NCBI GenBank assembly: GCA_001793865.1
Contig: MGIS01000010.1
Location: 1 to 55,302, forward strand
From: Candidatus Wolfebacteria bacterium RIFCSPLOWO2_01_FULL_47_17b
Lineage (GTDB): Bacteria; Patescibacteriota; Minisyncoccia; UBA6257; JAGOQP01
Direction: 5' to 3'
Length of the DNA: 55,302 nucleotides
This document shows, one piece after another, positions 19,000 through 29,580 of this stretch (its first letter is position 1; every line of letters begins with the position of its first letter). Made by a program: the position numbers and the translations under genes. Below the pieces are notes generated by a model, which made no database searches, was not told the origin of the DNA, and saw nothing but the letters and a program-made list of their open reading frames with translations.

Positions 19000-20334
19000 T
19001 CATCTCCCCACCTTGTACAATGCCTGTATTTCAGCTTCCGAAAGAGAACGAGCATAGAAACGCGTTTCATCTATAGAGCCGTCAAAATATTCTGAACTGT
19101 CATTAGCGCGCCCTATACCTACCGGCCGATTTGATGAGTACGTAGATTCTGCCGTAACAGTTGTCTGCGACTGCGGGTTGCCATCCAGATACATACGCAT
19201 AGTGGTTCCATCCCATGTCCCCGCAATATGATGCCAGTTTGTATCGGTTAATATTGAATTTGATGACACAATATAATCATTTGATCCAAGGGTCATGCGA
19301 AATTTAAGTTTTCTGTCTCCACTATATTGTGTTCCATATTTCTTTATCATAATCTTGTCGCCGGTCCCGGGTGTATAATATCTGTCAAAAAAATTCGCAT
19401 ACCCGACCGGAAAGCCGGCCCACACATCGCCCTTGAACCAAAGTGAAATTGTTAATCCCCCTGAACTTTCAGAAGTAATGGCATCTGTTACAGAAACATA
19501 GTCGTTTGACCCGTCAAAACTCAGACATTTTTTTATCCTGCAATTTTCAGATGTCACCCAACTAGGCCCATTAACAAGCGTCCCCAGATTATCATTCCCT
19601 GACTCGTCATATGCATACCCCCCACTCCCCTCATCAAGCGGCCAATACCCAACAAGTCCCGACGCTTGATTCCATATGTTGGAGCCCACCCCCACCTCAT
19701 ACCTCGCGTCATCCGCTCCTTCATCGCCGGCGGCGACATCTTTCAGTTTCTTTTCCGACTCAAACAGCGCCGTGAGCGCGTAGTTTCCTCCCGTTCCAAG
19801 CGCGTACGCGTAATAATAATCCTCGTCGTTCGTGGGGTCTATCGGCAGTGTACCAAAAGCTTTTTTTTCGGATACGTTCACCGGCAGCCACCCCGTGCCG
19901 TCGATATTACGCAGGTTCGCCTCGGTTACGCACGAATACGACCAGCCGGCCGCAAGCGAAGGCAACGAAAGGTTTGCGCATGTGCTCGTAGAATCCGCAA
20001 GCGACACATAGACCATATTCGGACTTCCTAATGTCGTTATCCGTTTTCCCTCATATTTAACCTCGGCAACAAGTGTCTGCAGGCTATCAAGGTCCGCTTG
20101 CCTTGCGGTATCCCGCCCCTGCCGTATATATTCCACCGGGTTCAGCACGAGCACCGCCGCCCCGGCAAGCACAATCACAATCCCCACTACGATCACCACT
20201 TCCAGCAGAGTAAAAGAATAATTTGAAATGGAGGAAATTGTTTCGAAAAACCGCCGCGCAGGACGGCGGTCCGAGCGAGAAGAAAAAATCCAGCAGGATT
20301 TTATTCTGTGTTTTGAGAAACAATTATCCTCCAT
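19000..20334 (-). CDS. Type IV pilin-like N-terminus fused to a LamG/ConA lectin domain
   Basis: S|FTLLEVVIVVGI; LPIDP; GLVGYWPLDEG, FDGSNDY, WHHIAGTWDG, FDGSIDE. Confidence 0.85.
   Translation of the reverse strand: MEDNCFSKHRIKSCWIFSSRSDRRPARRFFETISSISNYSFTLLEVVIVVGIVIVLAGAAVLVLNPVEYIRQGRDTARQADLDSLQTLVAEVKYEGKRITTLGSPNMVYVSLADSTSTCANLSLPSLAAGWSYSCVTEANLRNIDGTGWLPVNVSEKKAFGTLPIDPTNDEDYYYAYALGTGGNYALTALFESEKKLKDVAAGDEGADDARYEVGVGSNIWNQASGLVGYWPLDEGSGGYAYDESGNDNLGTLVNGPSWVTSENCRIKKCLSFDGSNDYVSVTDAITSESSGGLTISLWFKGDVWAGFPVGYANFFDRYYTPGTGDKIMIKKYGTQYSGDRKLKFRMTLGSNDYIVSSNSILTDTNWHHIAGTWDGTTMRMYLDGNPQSQTTVTAESTYSSNRPVGIGRANDSSEYFDGSIDETRFYARSLSEAEIQALYKVGR
20236..20325. repeat. Structured repeat element, copy 2, inside the pilin-LamG leader
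   Basis: AATTGTTTC/GAAACAATT ends, internal hairpin with TGCT loop (minus strand), core shared with 8566-8595. Confidence 0.6.
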
Positions 20335-21199
20335 AAAACAACTTCACTTTTCGTTCCACCACTTTTTTCACTTCCTCAACCGCCTCGGGCAATATTTTAT
20401 AGGGCACCAGCTCATTCGGATGTGACACAAGCGCCAAATCAAACCCGTGTCTCCACGCTGCCCGCAACTCGGTATTCACATGCACGATGCGGACTCCCGC
20501 TTCCACGGAAATCCGCACTTGCTCATCGCTCAAGCCCGACGCCCCGTGCAGAACCACGCCCGCCTCTGTCGCGCCGACAAGTTCCTTGATGCGGTGTGTA
20601 TCCAAGTGCGGATTTCCGCCCTTAAGCATCCCGTGTATATTTCCAACCGCTGGCGCAATCAAATCAACACCCGTTTCATCAACAAACCGCGTCACGTCCG
20701 CGACGGTTGTCAGCTGTGCCGCATCCACAGCGGCTCCCACGGGAAGTTCATCAAGCATGACCGAGCTGGTCCCGATATACCCAAGCTCCCCTTCCACCAA
20801 AATATCCGTGCTATGCTTTTCGTTGTACGCCCGCACCCACGACACCACTTCTTTCGTTTTTTCTATATTTTCGTCCAGAGGCGCGGCTCCCCGATCAAAC
20901 AGCACCGCGTCATATCCCGCCTCCACGGCTTCCTTTATTTTCTCAAAGCTCTTCGTATGATCCGCATTCAAGAACACGGGGATTCCCCGCTTTTCGCGCA
21001 TCGCCCGAATCAGCGCGGCAATCTCGTTCACGCCTAAAAACTCCCGTTCCCCTTCGGAGGTGCCAATGATGATCGGGGTATTTTTCTCAGCCGCAACAGC
21101 ACCAATCGCTCTCAGCGCGACAAGATCAGACACGTTAAAATGCCCCACCGCATGGTGGTTCTTTTTCGCTTCCCGCAAATATTCCCGAAGCGTCTTCAT
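20324..21199 (-). CDS. fba: Class II fructose-bisphosphate aldolase
   Basis: NADH, VEGELG, AVGNIHG, VLHGASG, VNTELR. Confidence 0.93.
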   Translation of the reverse strand: MKTLREYLREAKKNHHAVGHFNVSDLVALRAIGAVAAEKNTPIIIGTSEGEREFLGVNEIAALIRAMREKRGIPVFLNADHTKSFEKIKEAVEAGYDAVLFDRGAAPLDENIEKTKEVVSWVRAYNEKHSTDILVEGELGYIGTSSVMLDELPVGAAVDAAQLTTVADVTRFVDETGVDLIAPAVGNIHGMLKGGNPHLDTHRIKELVGATEAGVVLHGASGLSDEQVRISVEAGVRIVHVNTELRAAWRHGFDLALVSHPNELVPYKILPEAVEEVKKVVERKVKLFYGG

Positions 21200-21255
21200 T
21201 GGCTATAGTATACCACACCATAGTTTCCCTGAAAGTGTATAAAACTCCCACAGTC

Positions 21256-22128
21256 AATCTTTATGAGGCTTAGCCTCGTAAAGATTGCGATTTGCACTAA
21301 AAACAAAGAAAATATATACTACGCACATTATGTGGCTGTCGAACCACTCCATTTCAAATTTATTTATTATTCACGAGGCTAAGCCTCGTAATTCCTTATG
21401 AAAAAACCTTCCTTTGTAAATGAAGGCATATACCATGTGTATAACCGCGGCGTTGAAAAAAGGGCTATATTCCTTGATGATCACGATTATTTCAGATTCC
21501 TATACGGGTTGCATGAATTCAATGATAAACACCCGGCATACAATTCCTACTATAAAGAATCGTCTCCAGAACTTTACGAGGCTAAGCCTCGTAAAGAATA
21601 CATTTTGAAAGATAGGGAGCAAATTGTGCATATTTTCGCCTTTACTCTCATGGACAATCACTTCCATCTATTCCTCCAGCAAATACAAGACGACGGTATT
21701 GTCAGATTTATGCATAAACTGGGAACCGGCTATACTGGATTTTTTAATAAGAAATACGATCGGGTTGGACACCTTTTTCAAGGTCCATTCAAAGCCGTGT
21801 TGGTTGAAAAAGAATCACAGCTTCTATATCTACCGCACTATATCCATTCAAACCCACTCGATCTTACTTTCCCTTTTTGGAGGGAAAAAGGAATTGGGGA
21901 TTCTATACAAGCAGAACACATACTGGAAGGCTATCCATACAGCAGTTATTCTGCATATACGGGAAAAAATGATCTTTCTTTTATTTTAGAAAAAGAATTT
22001 CTTTCCAAAATACTCGGCGGTCCAGAACAACATAAAAAAGACATGCAAAAATGGCTGGCTGAGCGAAGTCCGACGGACGGCATAGAAAATATCGTCCTTA
22101 AGTAATTTACGAGGCTAAGCCTCGTAAA
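21256..22128. repeat. REP palindromes TTTACGAGGCT-A-AGCCTCGTAAA (4 copies: 21256-21286, 21373-21389, 21572-21596, 22106-22128)
   Basis: Directly visible; they flank the RAYT gene and one lies inside it. Confidence 0.88.
21398..22105 (+). mobile_element. REP-associated tyrosine transposase (RAYT, Y1 HUH family)
   Basis: YHVYNRG, MDNHFHL (HUH), GHLFQGPFK, YIHSNP, YPYSS. Confidence 0.92.
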
Positions 22129-22526
22129 GATCTCATATAAAACCACGCGAGGATAGTGAGAGTAAAAATAAACAACGCGGACAAAAGGCACGAAAAACAG
22201 AATGCCTCTATAACAAATGCCTGTAGGTACAGAAACACAAGCGACGCGGCAGTCCCCACGCACATATACGCAAAAAAAATGTTTCTTGAAATTTTTTCTT
22301 TAGAAGCCAGCGCGAGCAACAGCAAACCGAGTGCGTAATATACAATCCCCCATATATACAGCGGCACGCCCGCAAGATACGCGTAGGGCGAGGAAAGCAC
22401 CCGGTCGCACCCGTCCACGATATAGCACGCCACCGTTCCGCCGGAGCTTTTTTCAGCCGACACATACGCGGCATTCCCCAACCCCACCAACAGCAGTATG
22501 ACGATAATTATAAATAATTTACCCAT
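22107..22526 (-). CDS. Vitamin K epoxide reductase (VKOR) family protein
   Basis: C..VDGCDRVLSSPY, FCFSC motif; start taken at MGKLF. Confidence 0.9.
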   Translation of the reverse strand: MGKLFIIIVILLLVGLGNAAYVSAEKSSGGTVACYIVDGCDRVLSSPYAYLAGVPLYIWGIVYYALGLLLLALASKEKISRNIFFAYMCVGTAASLVFLYLQAFVIEAFCFSCLLSALFIFTLTILAWFYMRSLRGLAS

Positions 22527-22578
22527 AATAAGATTGGCTATAAGAATTTTATTCCGTGTTTTGAGGGGTACACACAAA

Positions 22579-25299
22579 TCACGAACATCCGCCTGAGCTC
22601 CCCCCGCACTGCAAACACGTCATGCACGTGCCGGTGCGCACCATCATGCCTCCGCAATTGCGGCATACCGTACCAGCTTGTACGACATTTTTCTTCGGAA
22701 CGCTCATTAATGTCGCCGTAACCGGAGCTTTTTCTCGCTCCTCTTTCTGCACCACCTTTCCTTCCGGCGCTTGTTCAGTCAGAAGTTTCGGTCCCATGCC
22801 GAATTCAAACAGATCCTCCGCAGAAAGGAACGTAAGCGCCAAATAGCGAAATATATAATCAACAATACTCGTGGCAATGCGGATATCGGGATTTTCCGTA
22901 AAACCAGCGGGCTCGAACCGGCTATGGATGAATTTGTGCGCGAGCGCCTTTAACGGCACCCCATACTGCAAAGCCATCGAAACAGAAATTGCGAACGCGT
23001 CCAAAAGTCCCGACAGCGTGCTCCCTTGCTTCGCCATACGGATAAATGTTTCCGCAAGCGTGCCGTCCTCGTACGTGCTGTAGGTAAGGTAGCCCTCGTG
23101 CCCCGCGATGACAAACTTATGCGTCTGGGACATACGAGTCGCGGGCAGCCGCCTGCGGGCAATCCCTTTCGCCTGCGCGGATCCCTTTGTATCTTTCGAT
23201 GTATTGCCCGAGGTGCTCAGCGGCTGAGCCGCTTTCGAGCCGTCCCGATACACCGCAAATGCCTTAATACCCAGTTTCCATGCCATCACATACGCCTCTT
23301 CAATCTCCTTTTTGGTTACGTCGTGGGGCATATTGAATGTTTTGGATATCGCGCCCGAAATAAATGGCTGTACCGCGCCCACCATTCGCACGTGGCCTTT
23401 CCACGATATCGAGCGTGTTCCCTTTTCGGGCCGTACCGCGCAATCAAATATCGACAAATGTTTTTCTTTAAACTTTGGCGCTCCTTCCACCGTTCCTTGT
23501 TCGGCAATATACGCAACAATATCTTTTGCTTCCGACTTCGTGTATCCCAGCCGGCGAAGCGATTCCTCGACGCTCGCGTTTACGATCTTCATCCAACCGC
23601 CGCCGACAAGCTGTTTCATTTTTATGAGCGAAAAGTCGGGTTCAATCCCCGTCGTGTCGCAATCCATCATAAACGAGATGGTCCCCGTCGGCGCGATCAC
23701 GGTTGCCTGCGAATTTCGAAATCCATATGCCGTTCCCGTTGCCAAAGCCTCGTCCCAAACTCCCTGCGCTTCTTTGGCGAGTTTTGTATCATCCACATGA
23801 CCCGATTTTATTTTCCCCGCCTCGAGGCCATGTTGTTTGATAACCTCAAGCATCGGCGCGCGATTCTTGGCATATCCGCTGAACGGCTTCATACGGCGGG
23901 CAATCTCCGCGGAATAGCGGTACGCCTCTCCGGACATCAACGACGAGATTGATCCCGCCCACGCGCGAGCTTCCTCCGAGTCATACGCGATACCCTTCGT
24001 CATCAAAAGCGCACCGAGGTTGGAAAATCCGAGCCCGAGTTCCCGGAATGCAATCGCGTTTTTTGTTATGAGTTCGGTCGGATAGCTGGATCGTCCCACG
24101 ATAATTTCCTGCGCGAGTATGAATATATCCACCGTATGCTTGAACCCTTCCACATCGAACGTACCGTCCTCGCGCAAGAACTTCATCAGGTTGATGGATG
24201 CGAGATTGCACGCCGAATTGTCCAGATGCATGTACTCAGAGCAAGGATTGGACGCGTTGATCCGCCCCGTGTTCGGACACGTGTGCCATTTATTAATAAT
24301 CGTATCGAATTGCACTCCGGGATCGCCGCATTCCCATGCAGCCTCCGCAATGTCGCCCAGAAGCGTACGGGCTTTGTATGTATCGGCTGGTTTTCCGTTT
24401 TGTATATATTTTGTTTTCCATTCTTCGTCCTCTTCCACGGCACGCATAAATTCATCGGTGAGCCGCACCGAGTTGTTCGCGTTCTGGAATTGGATGGAAT
24501 TCCATGCTTCGTTATTCAAATCAGACATATTGTATCCCGCTTCTATAAGCGCGCGTATCTTTTTCTCTTCATCCGCTTTGGATCGGATGAAATCCATCAC
24601 ATCCGGATGATCGATCCCCAGCACAACCATTTTCGCGGCCCGCCGCGTGGACCCGCCCGATTTAATCATCCCGGCGACCGAATCGGCTCCGCGCATAAAC
24701 GAAACCGGCCCCGACGCGTATCCGCCAACCGACAATTGTTCTTTTCTGGACCGAAGATTTGAAAGACTCACGCCCGCTCCAGATCCTCCTTTAAATATCA
24801 TCCCTTCGGTTCGTATCCAATCTAAAATAGAAGGCATCGTATCCTCAACCGCCAGAATAAAGCACGCCGAGCACTGCGGATGCTCCTTAATGCCGACATT
24901 AAACCATACCGGCGAGTTGAACGACCCCTTCTGGTGCACAAGCACGTGCATCAATTCGTCTTCAAATGTTCTGGCTTGCGCGGCACCGGCAAAGTAGCCG
25001 CCTTCCTCACCCCAGCGGCGAATCGTCTGAGTCACGCGCGAAAGCAGCTGCTTGAGGCTTTTCTCACGCTCCGGCGTACCGAGCTTGCCTCGAAAATATT
25101 TGGATACCGTAATATTGACCGCGTGCAATGACCAAAAATCGGGAAATTCAACTCCCTTTTGCTCAAAGACCTTCGAACCACCCACGGCTGCATCCCGCTG
25201 TACCCAGCGGACCTCGTCAAACGGATGCAAACACAATTTTGTAAACATTCTCTTAATCGGCAATGTATACACATTTTTCTTTTTCAAGATTTTTTGCAT
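22579..25299 (-). CDS. nrdJ: Class II (adenosylcobalamin-dependent) ribonucleotide reductase
   Basis: FNSPVWFN, CSACF, SNPCSE, IAPTGTI, C-terminal CxxC...CxxC. Confidence 0.95.
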   Translation of the reverse strand: MQKILKKKNVYTLPIKRMFTKLCLHPFDEVRWVQRDAAVGGSKVFEQKGVEFPDFWSLHAVNITVSKYFRGKLGTPEREKSLKQLLSRVTQTIRRWGEEGGYFAGAAQARTFEDELMHVLVHQKGSFNSPVWFNVGIKEHPQCSACFILAVEDTMPSILDWIRTEGMIFKGGSGAGVSLSNLRSRKEQLSVGGYASGPVSFMRGADSVAGMIKSGGSTRRAAKMVVLGIDHPDVMDFIRSKADEEKKIRALIEAGYNMSDLNNEAWNSIQFQNANNSVRLTDEFMRAVEEDEEWKTKYIQNGKPADTYKARTLLGDIAEAAWECGDPGVQFDTIINKWHTCPNTGRINASNPCSEYMHLDNSACNLASINLMKFLREDGTFDVEGFKHTVDIFILAQEIIVGRSSYPTELITKNAIAFRELGLGFSNLGALLMTKGIAYDSEEARAWAGSISSLMSGEAYRYSAEIARRMKPFSGYAKNRAPMLEVIKQHGLEAGKIKSGHVDDTKLAKEAQGVWDEALATGTAYGFRNSQATVIAPTGTISFMMDCDTTGIEPDFSLIKMKQLVGGGWMKIVNASVEESLRRLGYTKSEAKDIVAYIAEQGTVEGAPKFKEKHLSIFDCAVRPEKGTRSISWKGHVRMVGAVQPFISGAISKTFNMPHDVTKKEIEEAYVMAWKLGIKAFAVYRDGSKAAQPLSTSGNTSKDTKGSAQAKGIARRRLPATRMSQTHKFVIAGHEGYLTYSTYEDGTLAETFIRMAKQGSTLSGLLDAFAISVSMALQYGVPLKALAHKFIHSRFEPAGFTENPDIRIATSIVDYIFRYLALTFLSAEDLFEFGMGPKLLTEQAPEGKVVQKEEREKAPVTATLMSVPKKNVVQAGTVCRNCGGMMVRTGTCMTCLQCGGSSGGCS

Positions 25300-25304
25300 A
25301 GATA

Positions 25305-25395
25305 TTATAATTTTAAATTATGAATTTTTAATTTCGATTCAATTTCGAGTTTCTGAATTTCAAAATTGATTCAAAATTCAAAATTCGAAATTCAT
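25305..25395. repeat. AT-rich heptamer inverted element
   Basis: Same units as 16531; fills the ftsZ-nrdJ intergenic region. Confidence 0.6.
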
Positions 25396-25397
25396 AC

Positions 25398-26669
25398 TTA
25401 CTTGCGTTTCTTTTTTCTAAGAAACGCAGGAATATCCCATATGCTCTCGGACGACTCCTCCTCCGACGCCTTATCCCCCGACGCTTCGGTCGGGACCTCG
25501 ACCTCGCGTCGAGGCTCGTTCTCAAACTTTGGTTCCAGTCGCTTCAGCTCAACCTCCCGCTCCAGAGGCGGCTCCTCCATGGAAAATATCTGTTTTTGTG
25601 ACATGCCAAGCGAACCAAATTCGCCAAATAAGCTCACATTCTTGGCGTACGAGGACCCAAATCCGGTCGCGATAAGCGTTACTTTGATCTGGCCCTTATT
25701 GAGCTTACGATCGTAATACGTGCCGAAAATGATCCGCGCCGACGGATCGGCCTGCTCGGCTATCTGTCGCGCGATTTCATGCACTTCGTTGAGCGTCATA
25801 TCGCGCCGCCCCGACACGCTGAATAGCACTCCCCTCGCTCCTTCGATCGATGCCTCCAGAAGCGGCGACTGCAGAGCGGCCGTCGCCGCGGCTTGCGCGC
25901 GCCCTTTGCCGTGGGCCGACCCCACGCCGATAATGGACGTGCCGGAGTTTTGCACGATCGCCTTGATGTCAGCGAAATCAACATTGATCACGCCCGGCGT
26001 CATAATGATTTCGGTAATACCAAGTACCGCGTTTTTGAGTATCTCGTCTATCGTCTCGAACGCCCGTGCAAGAGATGTATCTTTGGTGATGATTGAAAAT
26101 ACTTTATCGTTGGAGATGGTTATATACGTATCAACCCGGTCTTTGAGCTTTACGATCGCGTCTTGAGCGATCTGCGCACGGTGCACGCCCTCGAATGAAA
26201 ACGGCTTGGTAACAATAGCCACTGTCAAGATGCCGAGCTCCTGAGCAATCTCCGCAACCACCGGAGTCGCGCCGCTCCCCGTGCCGCCGCCGAATCCAGC
26301 CGTCAAAAAGATGATATCCGCGCCGCTCAGCGCCTGAGCGATCTCCTCCCTGTTTTCCTCCGCAGCCGCGCGACCCAGCTCAGGATTCATACCTGCTCCG
26401 AGTCCGCGGGTAATTTGCTTTCCGATGTAGAGCTTCTTGCGCGCATGACATTGCTCCAGATCCTGTATGTCCGTATTGATGGCAATAAGTTCCACACCCC
26501 GCGGGAATACCTGGCTCATCCGAGTTACCGCGTTGCCTCCGCCGCCCCCCACGCCAACCACTTTTATTTTGGCGATGGGGCTGTTCTTCTCGTGGCGCGT
26601 GGCATGACGTGTTGTTTTGTGTACCATTTCACGCTTTTCCTTTTTTTTATGTTTTATTTTTCTCTTCAT
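25398..26669 (-). CDS. ftsZ: Cell division protein FtsZ
   Basis: VGVGGGGGNA, GGGTGSG, INVDFAD, C-terminal DIPAFLRK. Confidence 0.98.
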   Translation of the reverse strand: MKRKIKHKKKEKREMVHKTTRHATRHEKNSPIAKIKVVGVGGGGGNAVTRMSQVFPRGVELIAINTDIQDLEQCHARKKLYIGKQITRGLGAGMNPELGRAAAEENREEIAQALSGADIIFLTAGFGGGTGSGATPVVAEIAQELGILTVAIVTKPFSFEGVHRAQIAQDAIVKLKDRVDTYITISNDKVFSIITKDTSLARAFETIDEILKNAVLGITEIIMTPGVINVDFADIKAIVQNSGTSIIGVGSAHGKGRAQAAATAALQSPLLEASIEGARGVLFSVSGRRDMTLNEVHEIARQIAEQADPSARIIFGTYYDRKLNKGQIKVTLIATGFGSSYAKNVSLFGEFGSLGMSQKQIFSMEEPPLEREVELKRLEPKFENEPRREVEVPTEASGDKASEEESSESIWDIPAFLRKKKRK

Positions 26670-26690
26670 AAAATAATTTAAGACCTAAAA

Positions 26691-26792
26691 TAATTTCGAA
26701 TTTCGAGTTCTGAGTTTCGAATCAAATTCGAATGTTTTAATTTTAGAAATTCAGTCATTTAAAATTGAATCGAAATTAGAAATTCGAAATTA
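26691..26792. repeat. AT-rich heptamer inverted element
   Basis: TAATTTCGAATTTC...GAAATTCGAAATTA terminal inverted repeat between ftsA and ftsZ. Confidence 0.65.
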
Positions 26793-26794
26793 TC

Positions 26795-28057
26795 TTATTC
26801 GTTTGCGCGTAATATTCGAATAATTCGCTTGAACCACGACTCATTGACATCCAGCGGCGTATGCGCAAACGACCGCGCAACATACTTTTTATTGGTCTGA
26901 TCACTGCGCTGCAGTACAAGCCCGCACACCGCCGCGTACGACGGATCGTCCGTTTCGGCAAGGCCGCTATGCGCCTTCTCGAATTCATCCGTATTCGGAA
27001 ATCCTATTTTTACCGGGCTTTTAAGCTCCTCGCGCGCGATATCGGCCAGTCCTTTCAGTTTTGCTCCCCCGCCAACCAGCACCACCCCTGCAGGTAGTTT
27101 CCCAAAAACACCCAAAGATTTCAACTCATCCTGCACAAGTCCAAAGACCTCCCGCACCCGAGCTTCAATGATCTCCGCTACAAACTTCAACGATGTCTGT
27201 GAACTGAGCTCGGGTTCGTACTGCGACATATCAAGCTTGTCCCGCACCGACACGTCTCGCGCATTCGCGTTGCCGTATTCTATCTTTATCAGTTCCGCCG
27301 TGAGGATCGTACAGCGCAAGCCAACCGCAAGATCGTTGGTAATGTGTCCCGATCCAATCGGAAGTACTTTTGCCACAAGCAGGCGCCCGTCCTGAAACAC
27401 AGCGACGCCCGTCGTGCCATAACCGATGTCCAGAAGCACCGCGCCCAATTCCTTTTGACTCTTCGTAAGTGTCGCACGTTCGCTCGCAAGCGGCGTGAAT
27501 ATCACACTGCCCAGAAAATCCCCTTTCTTGCCCAGCACCAGATCGGTTACCCTGCGAAAATTACGATACACCGATGAAAAAGCCGAGATCAGAACCACGT
27601 TTGCCTCCAGCTTTTTACCCGAAAGCCCAACCACGTCGGTGCCTTCCACTTCGATACCGTCAATCACAAATTCGCGCGGGAATGAATGAATAATCTGCCA
27701 TCCAGCGGGAATCTGTATCGCCATAGATTCCTGTATGACGCGATCCACGTCCTCGCTTAAGATTTCAAAATCAGGACGCGGGATAGAAATAGCGGCGCGC
27801 GACAGATGAAATTGCACCCGCGTGCCTGAGATGCCGAACACGATGTTGCGCAAACATTTCTTATCGAACTGCTTGATGATCGAAAGCACTTCAAACAGAC
27901 CCTTGACTGTTTCTTCCGGATACACGATCTCACCTTTTTTAATTCCCTTCGATTCCCGCTTGATCGTCTTTACTAATACCAGCGAACCGTCTTTGCGCTG
28001 CTCGGCAATAATGCCCTTGATATATGCGGATCCCAGATCTATAGCGGTAATAAACAT
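26795..28057 (-). CDS. ftsA: Cell division protein FtsA
   Basis: AIDLGS, LDIGYGTT, GHITNDLA, VLVGGGAKL; directly upstream of ftsZ; start moved to MFITA. Confidence 0.95.
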   Translation of the reverse strand: MFITAIDLGSAYIKGIIAEQRKDGSLVLVKTIKRESKGIKKGEIVYPEETVKGLFEVLSIIKQFDKKCLRNIVFGISGTRVQFHLSRAAISIPRPDFEILSEDVDRVIQESMAIQIPAGWQIIHSFPREFVIDGIEVEGTDVVGLSGKKLEANVVLISAFSSVYRNFRRVTDLVLGKKGDFLGSVIFTPLASERATLTKSQKELGAVLLDIGYGTTGVAVFQDGRLLVAKVLPIGSGHITNDLAVGLRCTILTAELIKIEYGNANARDVSVRDKLDMSQYEPELSSQTSLKFVAEIIEARVREVFGLVQDELKSLGVFGKLPAGVVLVGGGAKLKGLADIAREELKSPVKIGFPNTDEFEKAHSGLAETDDPSYAAVCGLVLQRSDQTNKKYVARSFAHTPLDVNESWFKRIIRILRANE

Positions 28058-28194
28058 TGAATGTATTGTACGCAAAACAGCTCGTATGCGCAAACACAAT
28101 ACTTTGCATTATTGTCCTTTCGGGTCATAATGTTTTTATACACTTTCATCCCCGCCTGCCATTCCCGCGAATGCAGGAATCCATCCCTATTCCG

Positions 28195-29169
28195 TCATTC
28201 TGAATGAACATGAAGAATCTTTAGTTGTAGTTTGTGTGCATTCCCATGCTTCAATAACCCCAGATACGAATTAAGTGTTTCGGGAGTTGGTGATTTCTGT
28301 ATGCGTTTCAACATTCGTCTCTTTGTCGCCGTCCGCAATACGCGATGGTCGGGGAAATGCACCCAGCCGAGGAAATCCACTCCTGATCCTATGGTCTTAA
28401 TGAACAGCTTGTTTTCATGTAGCGAAAGCTTTAGTTTTTCTTTGAAAAACTTTTGTATTGTGGGAATTATATTCTCTAAATCTCTTTTTTCATTTGATAA
28501 AAACGCAAAATCATCCGCATATCGTATGAAGTATTTTGCTTTGAGCGCGTGCTTCACAAACTGGTCAAATTCGTTCATATACACGTTCGCGAATAGTTGG
28601 GAGGTAAGATTGCCAAACGGAAGTCCTTTTCTAGCCCCTTTTTCAGTTTCAAAGCTTCTGATAATCCCCTCGCAAAGCCAGACAATATCTGTGTCTACAA
28701 TGTACTTTTTGAGAATCGAAAGTAAAATATCATGGTTAATATTCGCAAAGAACTTTCTGATGTCACATTTGAGAACCCAACATTGTTTTTTATTGTTTTT
28801 ACTCACAATGTACACAAATTTCCGAAATCGATTCATTGCCTTATGAATGCCCTTTCCTTTACGAGATGAGAATGAATCACATTGAAACTTTCGGTTGAAA
28901 AATGGGTATAAAATTCTGTGCACCGCATGGTGTAGAAATCTATCTCTGACCGGAGCGATGTGCAGAATGCGAGGTTTCGGGTCGGATATTTTTCTGACTT
29001 TGTATCCACCGTGTTTGTATGTTTTGTGCACTAGATCGGTATGCAGACTGATAAGATTGTGCATAAGATATTGTCCAAATCGTAATACATCACCTCGTGA
29101 TCTCTTGCCGCACAGAAATTCTTTCCATGCATCAAGCATATTTTCGAGAGAAGTGATAGAATCGTACAT
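28195..29169 (-). CDS. DGR reverse transcriptase
   Basis: KPR...VRDR..HHA, LKCDIRKFF, GLPFGNLTSQ (DGR-type xGxxxSQ), RYADD, GVDFLG. The start could lie further upstream, since the frame is open to 29298. Confidence 0.95.
   Translation of the reverse strand: MYDSITSLENMLDAWKEFLCGKRSRGDVLRFGQYLMHNLISLHTDLVHKTYKHGGYKVRKISDPKPRILHIAPVRDRFLHHAVHRILYPFFNRKFQCDSFSSRKGKGIHKAMNRFRKFVYIVSKNNKKQCWVLKCDIRKFFANINHDILLSILKKYIVDTDIVWLCEGIIRSFETEKGARKGLPFGNLTSQLFANVYMNEFDQFVKHALKAKYFIRYADDFAFLSNEKRDLENIIPTIQKFFKEKLKLSLHENKLFIKTIGSGVDFLGWVHFPDHRVLRTATKRRMLKRIQKSPTPETLNSYLGLLKHGNAHKLQLKILHVHSE
29154..29162 (+). promoter_or_regulatory. Extended -10 (TGATAGAAT) 7 nt before the avd ATG; likely a leaderless promoter
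   Basis: Same spacing as many other genes in this window. Confidence 0.55.
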
Positions 29170-29580
29170 ATGAAAAATATATTTACAAACGTTTCCTTGA
29201 CCCCCCCCCCGAAGCTTCTTCCGGTACTGCAGAAACTGAAAACGGTATATAGTCAGTGGTATATATATTACCACATCCTTCCAAAACCGCATCGGCATTC
29301 GTTGGGGTGGCGAATTGATTCGTTATTTATTGAAACAATAGAAGCGGTAGCGACCGCGGGATTTCTTGCGAGAGAAGAGAAGTTGCCGTATGTGCGATAT
29401 GCAATACGGAAACTGGATACAATACAAGTGTTGTTGCTTGTGTTGTGGGAGAATAAGTCGCTTACGAGTAAGCAGTATATTCTAATTGCGCAGGGAGTAG
29501 AAGAGGTTGGTAGAAATCTTGGAGGATGGAGCGGAAAGCTCAGAAAAGAAAACTCTCCCACAAAGCAGGAGAGAAAATGA
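29170..29580 (+). CDS. avd: DGR accessory variability determinant (Avd/bAvd-like four-helix bundle)
   Basis: 136 aa, basic; LPKPHRHSLGWRID...KLDTIQVLL...EEVGRNLGGW; lies between TR and RT. Confidence 0.88.
   Translation: MKNIFTNVSLTPPPKLLPVLQKLKTVYSQWYIYYHILPKPHRHSLGWRIDSLFIETIEAVATAGFLAREEKLPYVRYAIRKLDTIQVLLLVLWENKSLTSKQYILIAQGVEEVGRNLGGWSGKLRKENSPTKQERK

Noticed and set aside
19000-20334. Pilin-LamG or the large surface proteins as additional DGR targets
   Set aside because: No TR-like sequence seen by eye in these genes or elsewhere in the window.
23026-23952. Long antisense ORFs (308 aa here; also 16653-17432, 33467-34228, 10633-11349 and others)
   Set aside because: Shadows of well-supported minus-strand genes, with no recognisable motifs.
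22579-25299. Intein or intron in nrdJ
   Set aside because: Continuous ORF of normal length with no splice-junction motifs.
28195-29298. Group II intron or retron interpretation of the RT
   Set aside because: Short RT with no maturase/endonuclease extension; the A-specific TR/VR pair and avd explain it as a DGR.
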